Of a DNA stretch of 64,000 nt, positions 55,398 to 64,000 are shown one piece after another (within the stretch, counting starts at the first letter, position 1; every line of letters starts with the position of its first letter). This DNA comes from Acutalibacteraceae bacterium (GTDB taxonomy: Bacteria > Bacillota > Clostridia > Oscillospirales > Acutalibacteraceae). The DNA lies in assembly GCA_045617785.1 (NCBI GenBank), contig JAZLJH010000024.1, forward strand, positions 10,936 through 74,935, written 5' to 3'. The notes beneath the pieces were generated by a model. It did no database searches and was not told the DNA's origin. It saw only the letters and a list, made by a program, of their open reading frames with translations. A program made the translations under genes and the position numbers.

Positions 55398-55619
55398 TTA
55401 CAGGGAAAAATCTTCTTTTGTGAATTCGCCGTCAAACGAAGTTTTTGCGACTTTGGGCTGGCGTTTCAGCGGGTCATATCTGAATTTTTTACACTTGGAG
55501 TACGGCTGCATAACGCCGCCCGCTTTTTTGCACAGGACCGTGCCGTTTGCGGCGGCTGTACCGTGCTCGCATATACTGCACTGCGGCTCAATATCTTTTT
55601 TGAAAAGCGAATGTGCCAT
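55398..55619 (-). CDS. small Cys-containing hypothetical protein (73 aa)
   Basis: CSICEHG...C...C pattern, located 37 nt downstream of ylbJ on the same strand. Confidence 0.45.
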   Translation of the reverse strand: MAHSLFKKDIEPQCSICEHGTAAANGTVLCKKAGGVMQPYSKCKKFRYDPLKRQPKVAKTSFDGEFTKEDFSL

Positions 55620-55656
55620 ATACTTTTACTCCCGCGTAAATATCATTATATGTATT

Positions 55657-56715
55657 TTAGCATACTTTTCTGCGATTATCAACCTCCAAAATCAAAGCCG
55701 CACACATCAGCAGCAAAAATGCCGCAACCGGCGCGGTGTGCGATATGCCGATATTCGTATTTCCCACGCTTATCTGCGCCGATGCGCTAACCGCTTCGGG
55801 AAAAATCCGCATCAGCACCGTTGTGTAAAATGCGCAGAGCGATGCATTTATGAGCCGTGCACTCAATATTCGCTTCAGTTCCACTGAGCAGCGGTCGGTG
55901 TAAACGGTTATCTGGCAAATCACGGCGAATCCGCCAAAGCCGAGCATTGCACCTGTAAATTGCAGCGGAACGCGTGCGCAGGCATAGCGGCAGCCCGTTG
56001 TTACCTCGCATACGGCGCGCACGAAGGTCAGCGTGTTTTCGTCAAGTGCGGCAAGCTCTGCAAGGCGCGAAAGTGCGGAAAATACGAGTATCCAGCCGGA
56101 AATGCCGAGCATTGCCTCGGCAGAGGTCGCCACCGCGTGCGAAAACGCGTTTTTTCTGGCGGTAAAGCCGCTTTCGGAACTGAGCCTTTTTCCGTCATCA
56201 AGAAAGCGGCAGAAAAAGCCCGCGGTCAAGGCTGAAAGCACAACCGAACCGTAGAGCAATAATCCCTTTTTTATGCTGCCTAAGCATATCACTCCCACGG
56301 CGGAAACCGTGAAAGCCGGGCTTGCGTTTATACAGTAGAACATAAGCCGTTCGGCTTCGTTCCTTGTTATTTCACCGCCCTCATATAATTCCGCCACCGT
56401 TTTCGCACCTACCGGATAGCCGCCTATAAGCCCCATTATCACGGCAAGTGCGGCTTCGGGCGAAACGCGCAGTATTTTTGTTGTAAGCGGCTTCATAATG
56501 CGGCAAAGCGGCTGCGCAGCGCCGCTTGCAAAAACATAGGATGCCAGCACCATAAACGGAAATACTGCGGGTATCACATCGGATGCAAGCAGTGAAAGAC
56601 CGTTTCTTATGCCGTCCGCCGCTTCTTTCGGGTACATAATGAGAAGCGCGGCGGTAATTGCGCAGATAATGAGCTTCGGCAGTCTGCGCAAGGTATCCGT
56701 GCAGAATTTTTTCAC
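55657..56715 (-). CDS. ylbJ: sporulation integral membrane protein YlbJ-like (nucleoside-recognition domain)
   Basis: GTG start after a GGGGTGA RBS. It is polytopic, and its context is divergent from yqfC-yqfD. Confidence 0.65.
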   Translation of the reverse strand: MKKFCTDTLRRLPKLIICAITAALLIMYPKEAADGIRNGLSLLASDVIPAVFPFMVLASYVFASGAAQPLCRIMKPLTTKILRVSPEAALAVIMGLIGGYPVGAKTVAELYEGGEITRNEAERLMFYCINASPAFTVSAVGVICLGSIKKGLLLYGSVVLSALTAGFFCRFLDDGKRLSSESGFTARKNAFSHAVATSAEAMLGISGWILVFSALSRLAELAALDENTLTFVRAVCEVTTGCRYACARVPLQFTGAMLGFGGFAVICQITVYTDRCSVELKRILSARLINASLCAFYTTVLMRIFPEAVSASAQISVGNTNIGISHTAPVAAFLLLMCAALILEVDNRRKVC

Positions 56716-56783
56716 AATAAATCACCCCACGCATATATTTTATGAGCGAACGGCATAGGAATATAACAGCGAGGTGAGTACCC

Positions 56784-57062
56784 ATAAAAAAGAATTTCAT
56801 AAAAAATATTTCGGGCGATATTGCGGAGCCTGCCGTAGAAATGTACGGCAACAAACGGATAATTATTTCGGATTGCAAAAGTGTTGACGATTACACGGGC
56901 GAGTATATAGTGCTTGAGCTTGACGGGTGTTTTTTGCGCGTGTCGGGCGAAGACCTTGTGCTTGAATCTTATGTTTTCGGTCAGGCGGATATCAGCGGCG
57001 TAATAGTGAGCGTCGAGTTTACGACTGCCGGAACAGGCGGAAAGCAGGGTGAAAAAGAGTGA
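56784..57062 (+). CDS. yqfC: sporulation protein YqfC (YabP/YqfC family), probable non-canonical ATA start
   Basis: The family-like sequence continues in frame upstream of the first ATG (56841): KKNFIKNISGDIAEPAVEMYGNKRIII. GAGGTGA lies 6 nt before ATA 56784, and there is no ATG/GTG/TTG between the in-frame stop (56775) and 56841. Confidence 0.65.
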   Translation: MKKNFIKNISGDIAEPAVEMYGNKRIIISDCKSVDDYTGEYIVLELDGCFLRVSGEDLVLESYVFGQADISGVIVSVEFTTAGTGGKQGEKE

Positions 57063-58234
57063 TAATAGAACTGCTGCGAGCTGTTAAAGGCTACATAACT
57101 TTCGAAGCATCGGGCGGATTTCCCGAAAGATTTTTGAATTTGTGCCGTATGAGAGGCATTGTCTTATGGAATGTTAAAAACGACGGTGTAAAGGTATCGG
57201 CTTTTACAAATACAGAGGATCTTCCGAAGCTCAATGAGCCTGCCGAACGGTCGGGAATGAAGCTGATAATCATAAAAGAATGTGGCTTAAAGCATTTTAT
57301 AAAGTGCCATAAACGGCGGTGTGGCTTGGCTTTCGGGGCTTTGGCTGCAGCGGCGTGTGTTGCGCTGCTTTCTACTATGGTGTGGCAGATAGATGTTATT
57401 GCAGAAGACGGTGTAAATGTTGAGGACTTTACAGAATCACTTGCCGAACTCGGCGTTTACCGCGGTGCTTTCAAGTCGAAAATAGATATTCTTGAGGTGC
57501 AGAGGGCGCTTGTCGAAAAATATCCGCAGCTTGTGTGGGTATCGCTTAATATTTTCGGAGGCAGAGCGGAGGTCGAAATGTCCGTTGCGGTTCCCGTGCC
57601 GGAAATAGTCGATACCGAAACGCCCGCAAATGTTGTAGCCGCAAAGGCAGGCACAATAACGCTTGTGGGGCTGCGCGCGGGAACATTGCTTGTTAAAGAG
57701 GGGATGTTTGTTCCCGAAGGTGAATTGCTCATTTCCTGCGTTGCCGAAAGCGTGCAGCACGGCGAGCATCTGTGCCGTGCAGACGGCTTCGTGAATGCCC
57801 GTACCGAAACGGTATTTTCAAAAACCGCAATGCTTTCTCTCAAGCGCGATGTTGTGAGCGAGTGCAAAAGCAGATACGGACTTTATTTTTTCGGCATAAG
57901 GCTCACGCCGTTTTTTTATACGGATGAAAAATACGCTTCCGAATATACACATCTTGCAGACGGCAAAAAAGCCTTGCTGCCGTTCGGAACGGTGTTCAAT
58001 AATTCTCTCGTCTGTGAAAAATCTTCGGTGGAGCTTTCCGTCGAAGCGGCTTTGTGCGGCGCGCTTTGCGACTGTGTTTATGAAAAACGCGCAGCTATGA
58101 ACGAAGCCTCGGTCGATACCTGCACCTGCAAAATCACGGGCGATGATGAAGGCGTAACCGTTGTGCTCAGGGTGCAGGCGGTTGAAAATATAGCCCGTCT
58201 TGTTCCGGTTGAGGTTTCGCCGGATGACAATTAA
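57059..58234 (+). CDS. yqfD: sporulation protein YqfD
   Basis: GYITFEASGGFPERFLNLCRMRGIVLWNV at the N-terminus and a central TM. It overlaps yqfC by 4 nt. Confidence 0.8.
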   Translation: MIIELLRAVKGYITFEASGGFPERFLNLCRMRGIVLWNVKNDGVKVSAFTNTEDLPKLNEPAERSGMKLIIIKECGLKHFIKCHKRRCGLAFGALAAAACVALLSTMVWQIDVIAEDGVNVEDFTESLAELGVYRGAFKSKIDILEVQRALVEKYPQLVWVSLNIFGGRAEVEMSVAVPVPEIVDTETPANVVAAKAGTITLVGLRAGTLLVKEGMFVPEGELLISCVAESVQHGEHLCRADGFVNARTETVFSKTAMLSLKRDVVSECKSRYGLYFFGIRLTPFFYTDEKYASEYTHLADGKKALLPFGTVFNNSLVCEKSSVELSVEAALCGALCDCVYEKRAAMNEASVDTCTCKITGDDEGVTVVLRVQAVENIARLVPVEVSPDDN

Positions 58235-58368
58235 ATTCAGAAAGCAAAATTTCCCTCTTACAGTAGACATTTACAAAATATGTGATATACTTATATTTGT
58301 AAAAATATAGGCGTGAACGCCGCAAAAAGAGGGTAATCAACGCGGAACAGTTAATAAATGTTGACAGA

Positions 58369-59334
58369 ATGGAGCAGGCTGTAAGCCTTTTCGGCAGTTT
58401 TGATGAAAATATCAGGCTTATAGAAAAATCCTTTGATGTTTCGGTGGTGAGCCGCGGGGCGGATATAAAAGTCAGCGGTGACCCGGAAAACGTTTCAAAG
58501 GCGGTAAAAGCCGTAAACGGTCTTCTTATGCTTATAAACAGAGGCGAGTCGCTCAACGAGCAGAATGTCAGATATGTCATTTCGCTCGTTGATGACGGCA
58601 ATGAGGACAAGCTCGCCAATATGAGCGCCGATTGTGTGTGCATAACAAGCAAGGGCAAGCCCGTTAAGCCGAAAACGCTCGGTCAGAAAAAATATGTTGA
58701 GTCAATAAAAAACAACACAATAGTCATCGGCGTAGGTCCTGCGGGAACGGGCAAAACCTACCTTGCCGTTGCCATGGCGGTAAATGCATTCAGGGCAAAA
58801 GAGGTCAACCGCATAATTCTTACGCGCCCTGCGGTAGAAGCGGGCGAAAAGCTCGGCTTTCTGCCCGGCGATCTGCAGAGCAAGGTCGACCCGTATTTAA
58901 GACCGCTTTACGATGCGCTTTTCGATATGCTCGGTGCCGAAAATTTCAACAAATACCTCGAACGCGGCAATATCGAGGTGGCTCCGCTTGCATATATGCG
59001 CGGCAGAACGCTTGACGACAGCTTCATAATTCTCGACGAGGCGCAGAACACCACACCCGAGCAGATGAAAATGTTCCTTACCCGTATGGGCTTCAACTCA
59101 AAGGTCGTGGTTACGGGTGATGTTACGCAAATCGACTTGCCGGACGGCAAACGCTCCGGTCTTGTTGAGGTAACGAAAATACTCAAAAATATGGAACAAA
59201 TCGACATTGTGCGCTTTACCGGGCAGGATGTTGTAAGACATAAGCTTGTGCAGGATATTATCCGTGCTTACGAAAAATATGAGGAGGCAAAATCTAAAAA
59301 TGAAAGAGAAAATAAAGGTCATAATCGCAAATGA
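58369..59334 (+). CDS. phoH: PhoH family ATPase
   Basis: GPAGTGKTYLAVA Walker A, ILDEAQN and VVTGDVTQIDL motifs. Confidence 0.92.
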   Translation: MEQAVSLFGSFDENIRLIEKSFDVSVVSRGADIKVSGDPENVSKAVKAVNGLLMLINRGESLNEQNVRYVISLVDDGNEDKLANMSADCVCITSKGKPVKPKTLGQKKYVESIKNNTIVIGVGPAGTGKTYLAVAMAVNAFRAKEVNRIILTRPAVEAGEKLGFLPGDLQSKVDPYLRPLYDALFDMLGAENFNKYLERGNIEVAPLAYMRGRTLDDSFIILDEAQNTTPEQMKMFLTRMGFNSKVVVTGDVTQIDLPDGKRSGLVEVTKILKNMEQIDIVRFTGQDVVRHKLVQDIIRAYEKYEEAKSKNERENKGHNRK

Positions 59335-59812
59335 ACAGAAAGCGGCAAAAATTCCGACGGGCGTAAGGCTGCTTGTAAGGCGCTGCTGCAACGCGGTGCT
59401 TACCTTTGAGGGCTTTACAGAGCCTGCGGAAATAAGCGTTACATTTGTGGATGACGAACGCATACACGAGCTCAACCGCGAATACCGCAATATTGACAGA
59501 AGCACGGATGTGCTTTCGTTCCCGCTCGGTGAAAACGGAGTTTACGATAAAGATCTTGAAACCGGCGCCTGCCTTCTGGGCGATATAGTTATATCGGTTG
59601 AAACCGCAATACGCCAGGCGGATGAATACGGCCATTCGCTTCAGCGTGAAATCGGCTTTCTGACGGTTCATTCAATGCTTCACCTGCTCGGCTACGACCA
59701 TGTTGACGGCGGCATTGAAGCCGTGCGTATGCGCGAAAAGGAGGAGCATGTGCTCACCGAGCTCGGTCTCAAGCGCAATGAATCCTACTATATGGAAACC
59801 GGGGAGGAATAA
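59300..59812 (+). CDS. ybeY: rRNA maturation endoribonuclease YbeY
   Basis: HSMLHLLGYDH zinc motif. ATG 59300 (MKEKIKVII) overlaps the end of phoH. Confidence 0.9.
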   Translation: MKEKIKVIIANEQKAAKIPTGVRLLVRRCCNAVLTFEGFTEPAEISVTFVDDERIHELNREYRNIDRSTDVLSFPLGENGVYDKDLETGACLLGDIVISVETAIRQADEYGHSLQREIGFLTVHSMLHLLGYDHVDGGIEAVRMREKEEHVLTELGLKRNESYYMETGEE

Positions 59813-59817
59813 TCCTT

Positions 59818-60300
59818 ATGAATGATTACAAGGCACTTTTCCGCAGCTTTGTGTATGCGGCAAAGGGCTTCATGTGGATGATAGGGCACGAGCGCAATTT
59901 CAGAATACATCTGACCTGTATGGCGTATATGTTCTATTATCTGCTTCGTTATGATTTCTTTACTGTTACACGCACACAGTATGCAATACTGCTGCTTGCC
60001 TGCGGGCTTGTAATAGGCGGCGAGCTTATAAACACGGGTATCGAAAAATCCGATGATGCCGTTACCGGGGAAAAACGCAGGGTAATAGAGATTTCAAAGG
60101 ATACCGCTGCGGGTGCGGTGCTTGTATTTGCAATCTTCTCGGTGCTTGCGGGCGTTGCGATTCTCTGGCAGCCCGAGGCATTTAAGCTTTTGTTTGCGCA
60201 TTACGCGGAGCAACCCTTGTATATTCTGTGGTTTGCGCTGAGTGTAATAGCGGCAACCGTATTCATATTCAAATTTGATTTCGGCAAAAAGGAAAAATAA
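59818..60300 (+). CDS. dgkA: diacylglycerol/undecaprenol kinase (DgkA family)
   Basis: Three-TM small kinase with the GELINTGIE motif. Confidence 0.85.
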   Translation: MNDYKALFRSFVYAAKGFMWMIGHERNFRIHLTCMAYMFYYLLRYDFFTVTRTQYAILLLACGLVIGGELINTGIEKSDDAVTGEKRRVIEISKDTAAGAVLVFAIFSVLAGVAILWQPEAFKLLFAHYAEQPLYILWFALSVIAATVFIFKFDFGKKEK

Positions 60301-60302
60301 TT

Positions 60303-61196
60303 ATGGCAGAAAGAAAAACAGCATTTATAGCAATAGTCGGTAAACCCAATGTCGGCAAATCCTCAATACTTAATAAACTTCTCGGTCAGAAAGTGGCAAT
60401 AGTTTCCGCAAGACCGCAGACCACCCGCACAAAAATAATGGGCGTGCTCACCGAGGGCGATATTCAGCTTGTTTTCACCGATACACCCGGCTTTCACAAG
60501 CCGCGTACCAAGCTCGGCGAAAAGATGATTCAGGCTGTTGACGATACAATAGGCGGCGTGGATTCCTGCCTTTTCGTCACCGAAAGCCGCGGCGAAATAA
60601 AAGCCGATGAGCTTGAATTGCTCAAAAAGCTCAAAGCCGAAAAAGTGCCGGTGGTGCTCGCAATAAATAAAATCGACACCATTGCCGATAAGCACGAGCT
60701 TATGGGCAGAATACTTGAATTTACAAAGCTTCTTGATTTTGATGCAGTCGTACCCGTAAGCGCACTTGACGGCGACGGAATAGACGAATTGAAGCAGGAA
60801 CTGAATAAACTGGCTGTGGAGTCGGAATTCTTCTTTCCCGAGGATACTCTCACCGACCAGCCCGAGCGCGTGCTCGTATCGGAGATAATACGCGAAAAGC
60901 TGCTTTACAGGCTTAACGATGAAATTCCTCACGGCATCGCCGTTTCGGTGGAGCTTATGCGTATGCGCGAAACAGACGATATACTTGATATCGAAGCCAC
61001 GATATACTGCGAAAGAGAAAGCCATAAGGGGATTATCATCGGCAAGGGCGGCGAGATGCTCAAAGCCGTTTCCACAAGCGCACGCAAGGACCTTGAACGC
61101 TTCTTTGACTGCCGCGTAAACCTTAAATGCTGGGTAAAGGTAAAAGAAGATTGGCGCAATCGCGAGGGACTTATTCACAATTTCGGGCTTGACTGA
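60303..61196 (+). CDS. era: GTPase Era
   Basis: GKPNVGKSS, DTPG and NKID motifs, and a C-terminal KH domain. Confidence 0.95.
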   Translation: MAERKTAFIAIVGKPNVGKSSILNKLLGQKVAIVSARPQTTRTKIMGVLTEGDIQLVFTDTPGFHKPRTKLGEKMIQAVDDTIGGVDSCLFVTESRGEIKADELELLKKLKAEKVPVVLAINKIDTIADKHELMGRILEFTKLLDFDAVVPVSALDGDGIDELKQELNKLAVESEFFFPEDTLTDQPERVLVSEIIREKLLYRLNDEIPHGIAVSVELMRMRETDDILDIEATIYCERESHKGIIIGKGGEMLKAVSTSARKDLERFFDCRVNLKCWVKVKEDWRNREGLIHNFGLD

Positions 61197-61252
61197 TAAT
61201 TGAAAGAAATCTGCACAAACTGTTATTGAAAACATAACGGGGAGTGCTTTTT

Positions 61253-61414
61253 GTGAACGAACTTGAACTCTGGAATAAATTCAAAGAAAACGGCAGGGTG
61301 GACGATTACCTTGCGTATCGCGCCAAGGTGCGCGAAAATATGCAGGCGGAGATGAACACGGGTGGAAAAGCTGACCGATTCGGGTCTTGTGATAAAAGAA
61401 CAGAATATCGGTGA
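61253..61414 (+). CDS. yqzL: YqzL-like small protein (53 aa; below the ORF-track length cutoff)
   Basis: GTG 61253 lies 8 nt after GGGGAG. VNELELWNKFKENGRVDDYLAYRAKV fits the W-x2-F-x3-G-x2-D-x-YL-x-Y pattern, and the gene sits between era and recO as in B. subtilis. Confidence 0.55.
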   Translation: MNELELWNKFKENGRVDDYLAYRAKVRENMQAEMNTGGKADRFGSCDKRTEYR

Positions 61415-62105
61415 AGCGGACAGGCTCATTACGGTGCTTACACAGCATCACGGGCTTGTGCGGGCATTTTCGCGCGGGGCAAAGAATGCCAAAAGCAAAA
61501 AACTCAGCTCGACCGCGCTGCTTGCGTTTTCCGATTTTACATTCTCCAAAACACGCGAAACCTATTCGGTCGAGGATGCGCAGATCAAAGAGGTCTTTTT
61601 TGAACTGCGCTCCGATATTGCAAAAACCGCGCTTGCACAGTATTTTTGCGAGCTTGCAAACGATTTCTGTGATGAGGGCTATGAAACCGAGGAGATTTTG
61701 CGCCTTTTTCTGAATGCACTGTATTTTCTTAAAAGCGGAAAGCGCGAAACCGCGTTTGTAAAGGCGGTCACGGAAATGCGGCTTATGTGCCTGAGCGGCT
61801 ATATGCCTTCGCTGGTCGGGTGCGACACCTGCGGCGAATACGAAACGCCCGTAATGTTTTTTTCGTTTGATGAGGGTAAGCTCTACTGCGAAAACTGCCG
61901 CCCCGCCATTGCCTGTACCGAGTTGACTTCATCGGTGGTCAAGGCTATGCGCTATGTTGCGCTTTCGGATTTTAATAAGATTTTTTCATTTGAATTAAAG
62001 GACAAAGCCCTTGAACAGTTCGGTAAACTGACCGAGGGCTATTTATTAAATAAAACACAACACAAATTCAAAACCCTTGATTTTTTCAAGGTCATAAACG
62101 ATTGA
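61362..62105 (+). CDS. recO: DNA repair protein RecO
   Basis: GTG start. GLVIKEQNIGEADRLITVLT OB-fold N-terminus and a C-terminal CDTCG...CENC zinc motif. Confidence 0.9.
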   Translation: MEKLTDSGLVIKEQNIGEADRLITVLTQHHGLVRAFSRGAKNAKSKKLSSTALLAFSDFTFSKTRETYSVEDAQIKEVFFELRSDIAKTALAQYFCELANDFCDEGYETEEILRLFLNALYFLKSGKRETAFVKAVTEMRLMCLSGYMPSLVGCDTCGEYETPVMFFSFDEGKLYCENCRPAIACTELTSSVVKAMRYVALSDFNKIFSFELKDKALEQFGKLTEGYLLNKTQHKFKTLDFFKVIND

Positions 62106-62115
62106 GGTACATATT

Positions 62116-64000
62116 ATGAACAGACATCTCAATGCGCTTGAACTCCCAAAGGTGCTTGAAATGGCGGCAAAACGCGCCTGCAATGACGATGCGCGTGAAA
62201 TCCTTACGGCGCTGCTGCCCACACCGAACCCCGAGCTTGCCGAAAAAAGTCTCGGTATGACGGAGGATGCATATATATTGCTTGCAAAGCACGGCGGACC
62301 CGCGTTCGGCGGACTCTGCAACGTAAGCAATTCGCTTGCAAGGGCATCGGCGGGCGGTATGCTCACTATGAAAGAGCTGCTCGATATAGGCTCCACGGTG
62401 CGTGCCGTGCGCGGCATAAGGGAGTGGCGCGACAACAGCGGCAAGGATGAACTCGGAATAGACCTTTATTTCGATTCGCTTATGCCGAATAAGTTTCTTG
62501 AAGATAAGATTTTCGGCGCAATTCTCACCGAGGATGAAATGAGCGACAGCGCTTCGCCCGAGCTTGCGAACATCCGCAGGCAGATTAAAAATAAAGAAAA
62601 TTCCATACGCGACAGACTTGAAAAAATTCTGCGCTCACCGCTTATGAAAAATGCCTTGCAGGATGCCATAATCACCCAGCGCAACGGCAGATATGTCGTG
62701 CCTGTGAAAAGCGAGCATCGCAGCGAGGTCGCGGGGATGGTGCACGATACATCATCAACGGGCGCAACCGTGTTTATTGAGCCTGCCGGCGTGGTGGAAG
62801 CGAATAATGATATCCGCATACTGCGCGGCAAGGAAACGCAGGAAATAGAGCGTATTCTATATGAGCTTTCCGGTACGGCGGGCAGTTTTCAGAACGATAT
62901 AAAGGCAAGCTACGAGTGCGCCGTTGAAATAAATGCCATATTCTGCAAGGCGCACCTTGCTTACGATATGAACGCCACCGTGCCCGTAATAAACAGCAGG
63001 GGAGTTACCGAACTCAAAAAAGCCCGCCACCCGCTTATAGATAAAAATAAGGTCGTGGCAACGGATATTCGCCTCGGTTCCGATTTCGATACGCTTGTTA
63101 TTACGGGACCGAACACGGGCGGCAAGACCGTTGCGGTAAAAACGGTAGGTCTGCTTTCTGCCATGGCGGCGTGCGGACTTATGATACCCGCGCAGGACGG
63201 CAGTACCGTTTCCGTTTACGATGATATTCTTGTGGATATAGGTGATGAGCAGTCCATAGAACAGTCACTTTCAACATTTTCATCGCATATGGTAAATATC
63301 GTCAGCATTATGGAAAAGGCTGATGAAAAATCGCTTGTGCTTATTGATGAACTCGGCGCGGGCACAGACCCCGTAGAGGGCGCGGCGCTTGCCATGGCGA
63401 TTCTCGAGCAGCTTCACCGTCAGGGCGCAAAAATTGCCGCCACCACGCATTATGCCGAGCTTAAAGCCTATGCTTTGCAGACAAACCGCGTTGAAAACGC
63501 ATCGTGCGAATTTGATGTAAACAGCCTGCGCCCCACATACAGACTGCTTATCGGTATTCCGGGGCGTTCAAATGCCTTTGCAATATCCGAAAGGCTCGGT
63601 ATGCAAAAAAGCGTTATCGACCGCGCAGGCGAGCTTGTTTCATCGGAAAATGTGCGTTTCGAGGATGTTGTGGATATGCTTGAAAAAAGCAGACTCGAAA
63701 TGGAAAGCGAAAAGAACAGAGCTTCCGAAATCAAGGAGCTTGCCGAAGCGGAACGCACAAAAGCGGCGGCGGCTCTCGAGGATGCCGAAAAACGCCGCGA
63801 TAAAGAAATTGAGAACGCACGCGGTGAGGCTCTGCGCATAGTCGAGCAGGCAAAGCGCGAGGCAAATGCCCTGCTTGCCGAGGTCGAAAAGCTGAAAAAA
63901 GAAGCGAAGCAGACAAAGGATGCCGCCGACCTCGCGCGCAAGGCGAAAAGTGCCGTAAATGCCCGCCTTAATGCCATAAACGATGCGGTGAACCCCGTGC
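62116..64000 (+). CDS. mutS2: endonuclease MutS2 (3' end truncated by window edge; absent from the ORF track)
   Basis: The frame is open from ATG 62116 to the window end. MNRHLNALELPKVLE at the N-terminus, Walker A ITGPNTGGKTV (~63100) and LIDELGAGTDP. Confidence 0.9.
   Translation, partial: MNRHLNALELPKVLEMAAKRACNDDAREILTALLPTPNPELAEKSLGMTEDAYILLAKHGGPAFGGLCNVSNSLARASAGGMLTMKELLDIGSTVRAVRGIREWRDNSGKDELGIDLYFDSLMPNKFLEDKIFGAILTEDEMSDSASPELANIRRQIKNKENSIRDRLEKILRSPLMKNALQDAIITQRNGRYVVPVKSEHRSEVAGMVHDTSSTGATVFIEPAGVVEANNDIRILRGKETQEIERILYELSGTAGSFQNDIKASYECAVEINAIFCKAHLAYDMNATVPVINSRGVTELKKARHPLIDKNKVVATDIRLGSDFDTLVITGPNTGGKTVAVKTVGLLSAMAACGLMIPAQDGSTVSVYDDILVDIGDEQSIEQSLSTFSSHMVNIVSIMEKADEKSLVLIDELGAGTDPVEGAALAMAILEQLHRQGAKIAATTHYAELKAYALQTNRVENASCEFDVNSLRPTYRLLIGIPGRSNAFAISERLGMQKSVIDRAGELVSSENVRFEDVVDMLEKSRLEMESEKNRASEIKELAEAERTKAAAALEDAEKRRDKEIENARGEALRIVEQAKREANALLAEVEKLKKEAKQTKDAADLARKAKSAVNARLNAINDAVNPV

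Noticed and set aside
56716-56783. Sigma-E-type sporulation promoters in the divergent ylbJ / yqfC spacer.
   Set aside because: ATATATT-14 nt-CATAGGAAT resembles the forespore/mother-cell promoter style only loosely, with two mismatches in the -10 core. That is too weak to call without a scoring matrix.
60363-61235. Long antisense ORFs: 290 aa opposite era, and similar ones at 16721-17248, 30977-31843, 37088-37870, 44791-45519, 46933-47718 and 55261-55887.
   Set aside because: Each lies entirely opposite a gene with unmistakable family motifs. Each lacks an RBS and translates to low-complexity Arg/Ala/Cys/Phe-rich sequence. They look like stop-poor reverse frames, not genes.

Overview
The window reads as conserved chromosomal backbone of an endospore-forming Firmicute, probably a Clostridia lineage (inferred from gene content and synteny; no search was run). 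Nearly all of it is housekeeping operons in Bacillus-like order. These include polA(3' part)-rimI-tsaD, yaaL-bofA, ylxM-ffh-rpsP-ylqC-rimM-trmD, uvrC, rsmD-coaD, infC-rpmI-rplT behind an L20-type leader, dprA-topA-trmFO, rnc-radical SAM-smc-ftsY-rdgB, prs, ylbJ, yqfC-yqfD-phoH-ybeY-dgkA-era-yqzL-recO, and the 5' part of mutS2. Two genes are cut by the window edges and are missing or incomplete in the ORF track: polA (3..1067) and mutS2 (62116..64000). There is one tRNA-Ser(GGA). I found no rRNA, CRISPR array, transposase, integrase, phage gene or recognisable defence gene.

Accessory-looking content:
- An operon at 38.5-43.9 kb encodes an 851-aa internally duplicated surface-anchored protein and a fused MacB/FtsX-type ABC transporter.
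- A regulator-less sugar cluster at 44-50.9 kb encodes a Gfo/Idh/MocA (GH109-like) enzyme, a BadF-type kinase, a GH4 phospho-glycosidase, two unknown membrane proteins and a GPH symporter.
- A MATE / metallophosphoesterase / DUF4234-like block lies on the minus strand.

The most unusual signals are non-coding or architectural:
- A mirror-symmetric array of six GTATATCATC-type decamers interleaved with five unrelated hairpins (4238-4401).
- Next to it, a duplicated 21-nt tRNA-Ser 3' end (4440-4612).
- A zinc-ribbon/pseudokinase/PASTA protein.
- An FtsY with a C-terminal acidic domain.
- A repeat structure in the smc-ftsY spacer.

I see no clear multi-gene novel system. All function calls rest on motifs read by eye.
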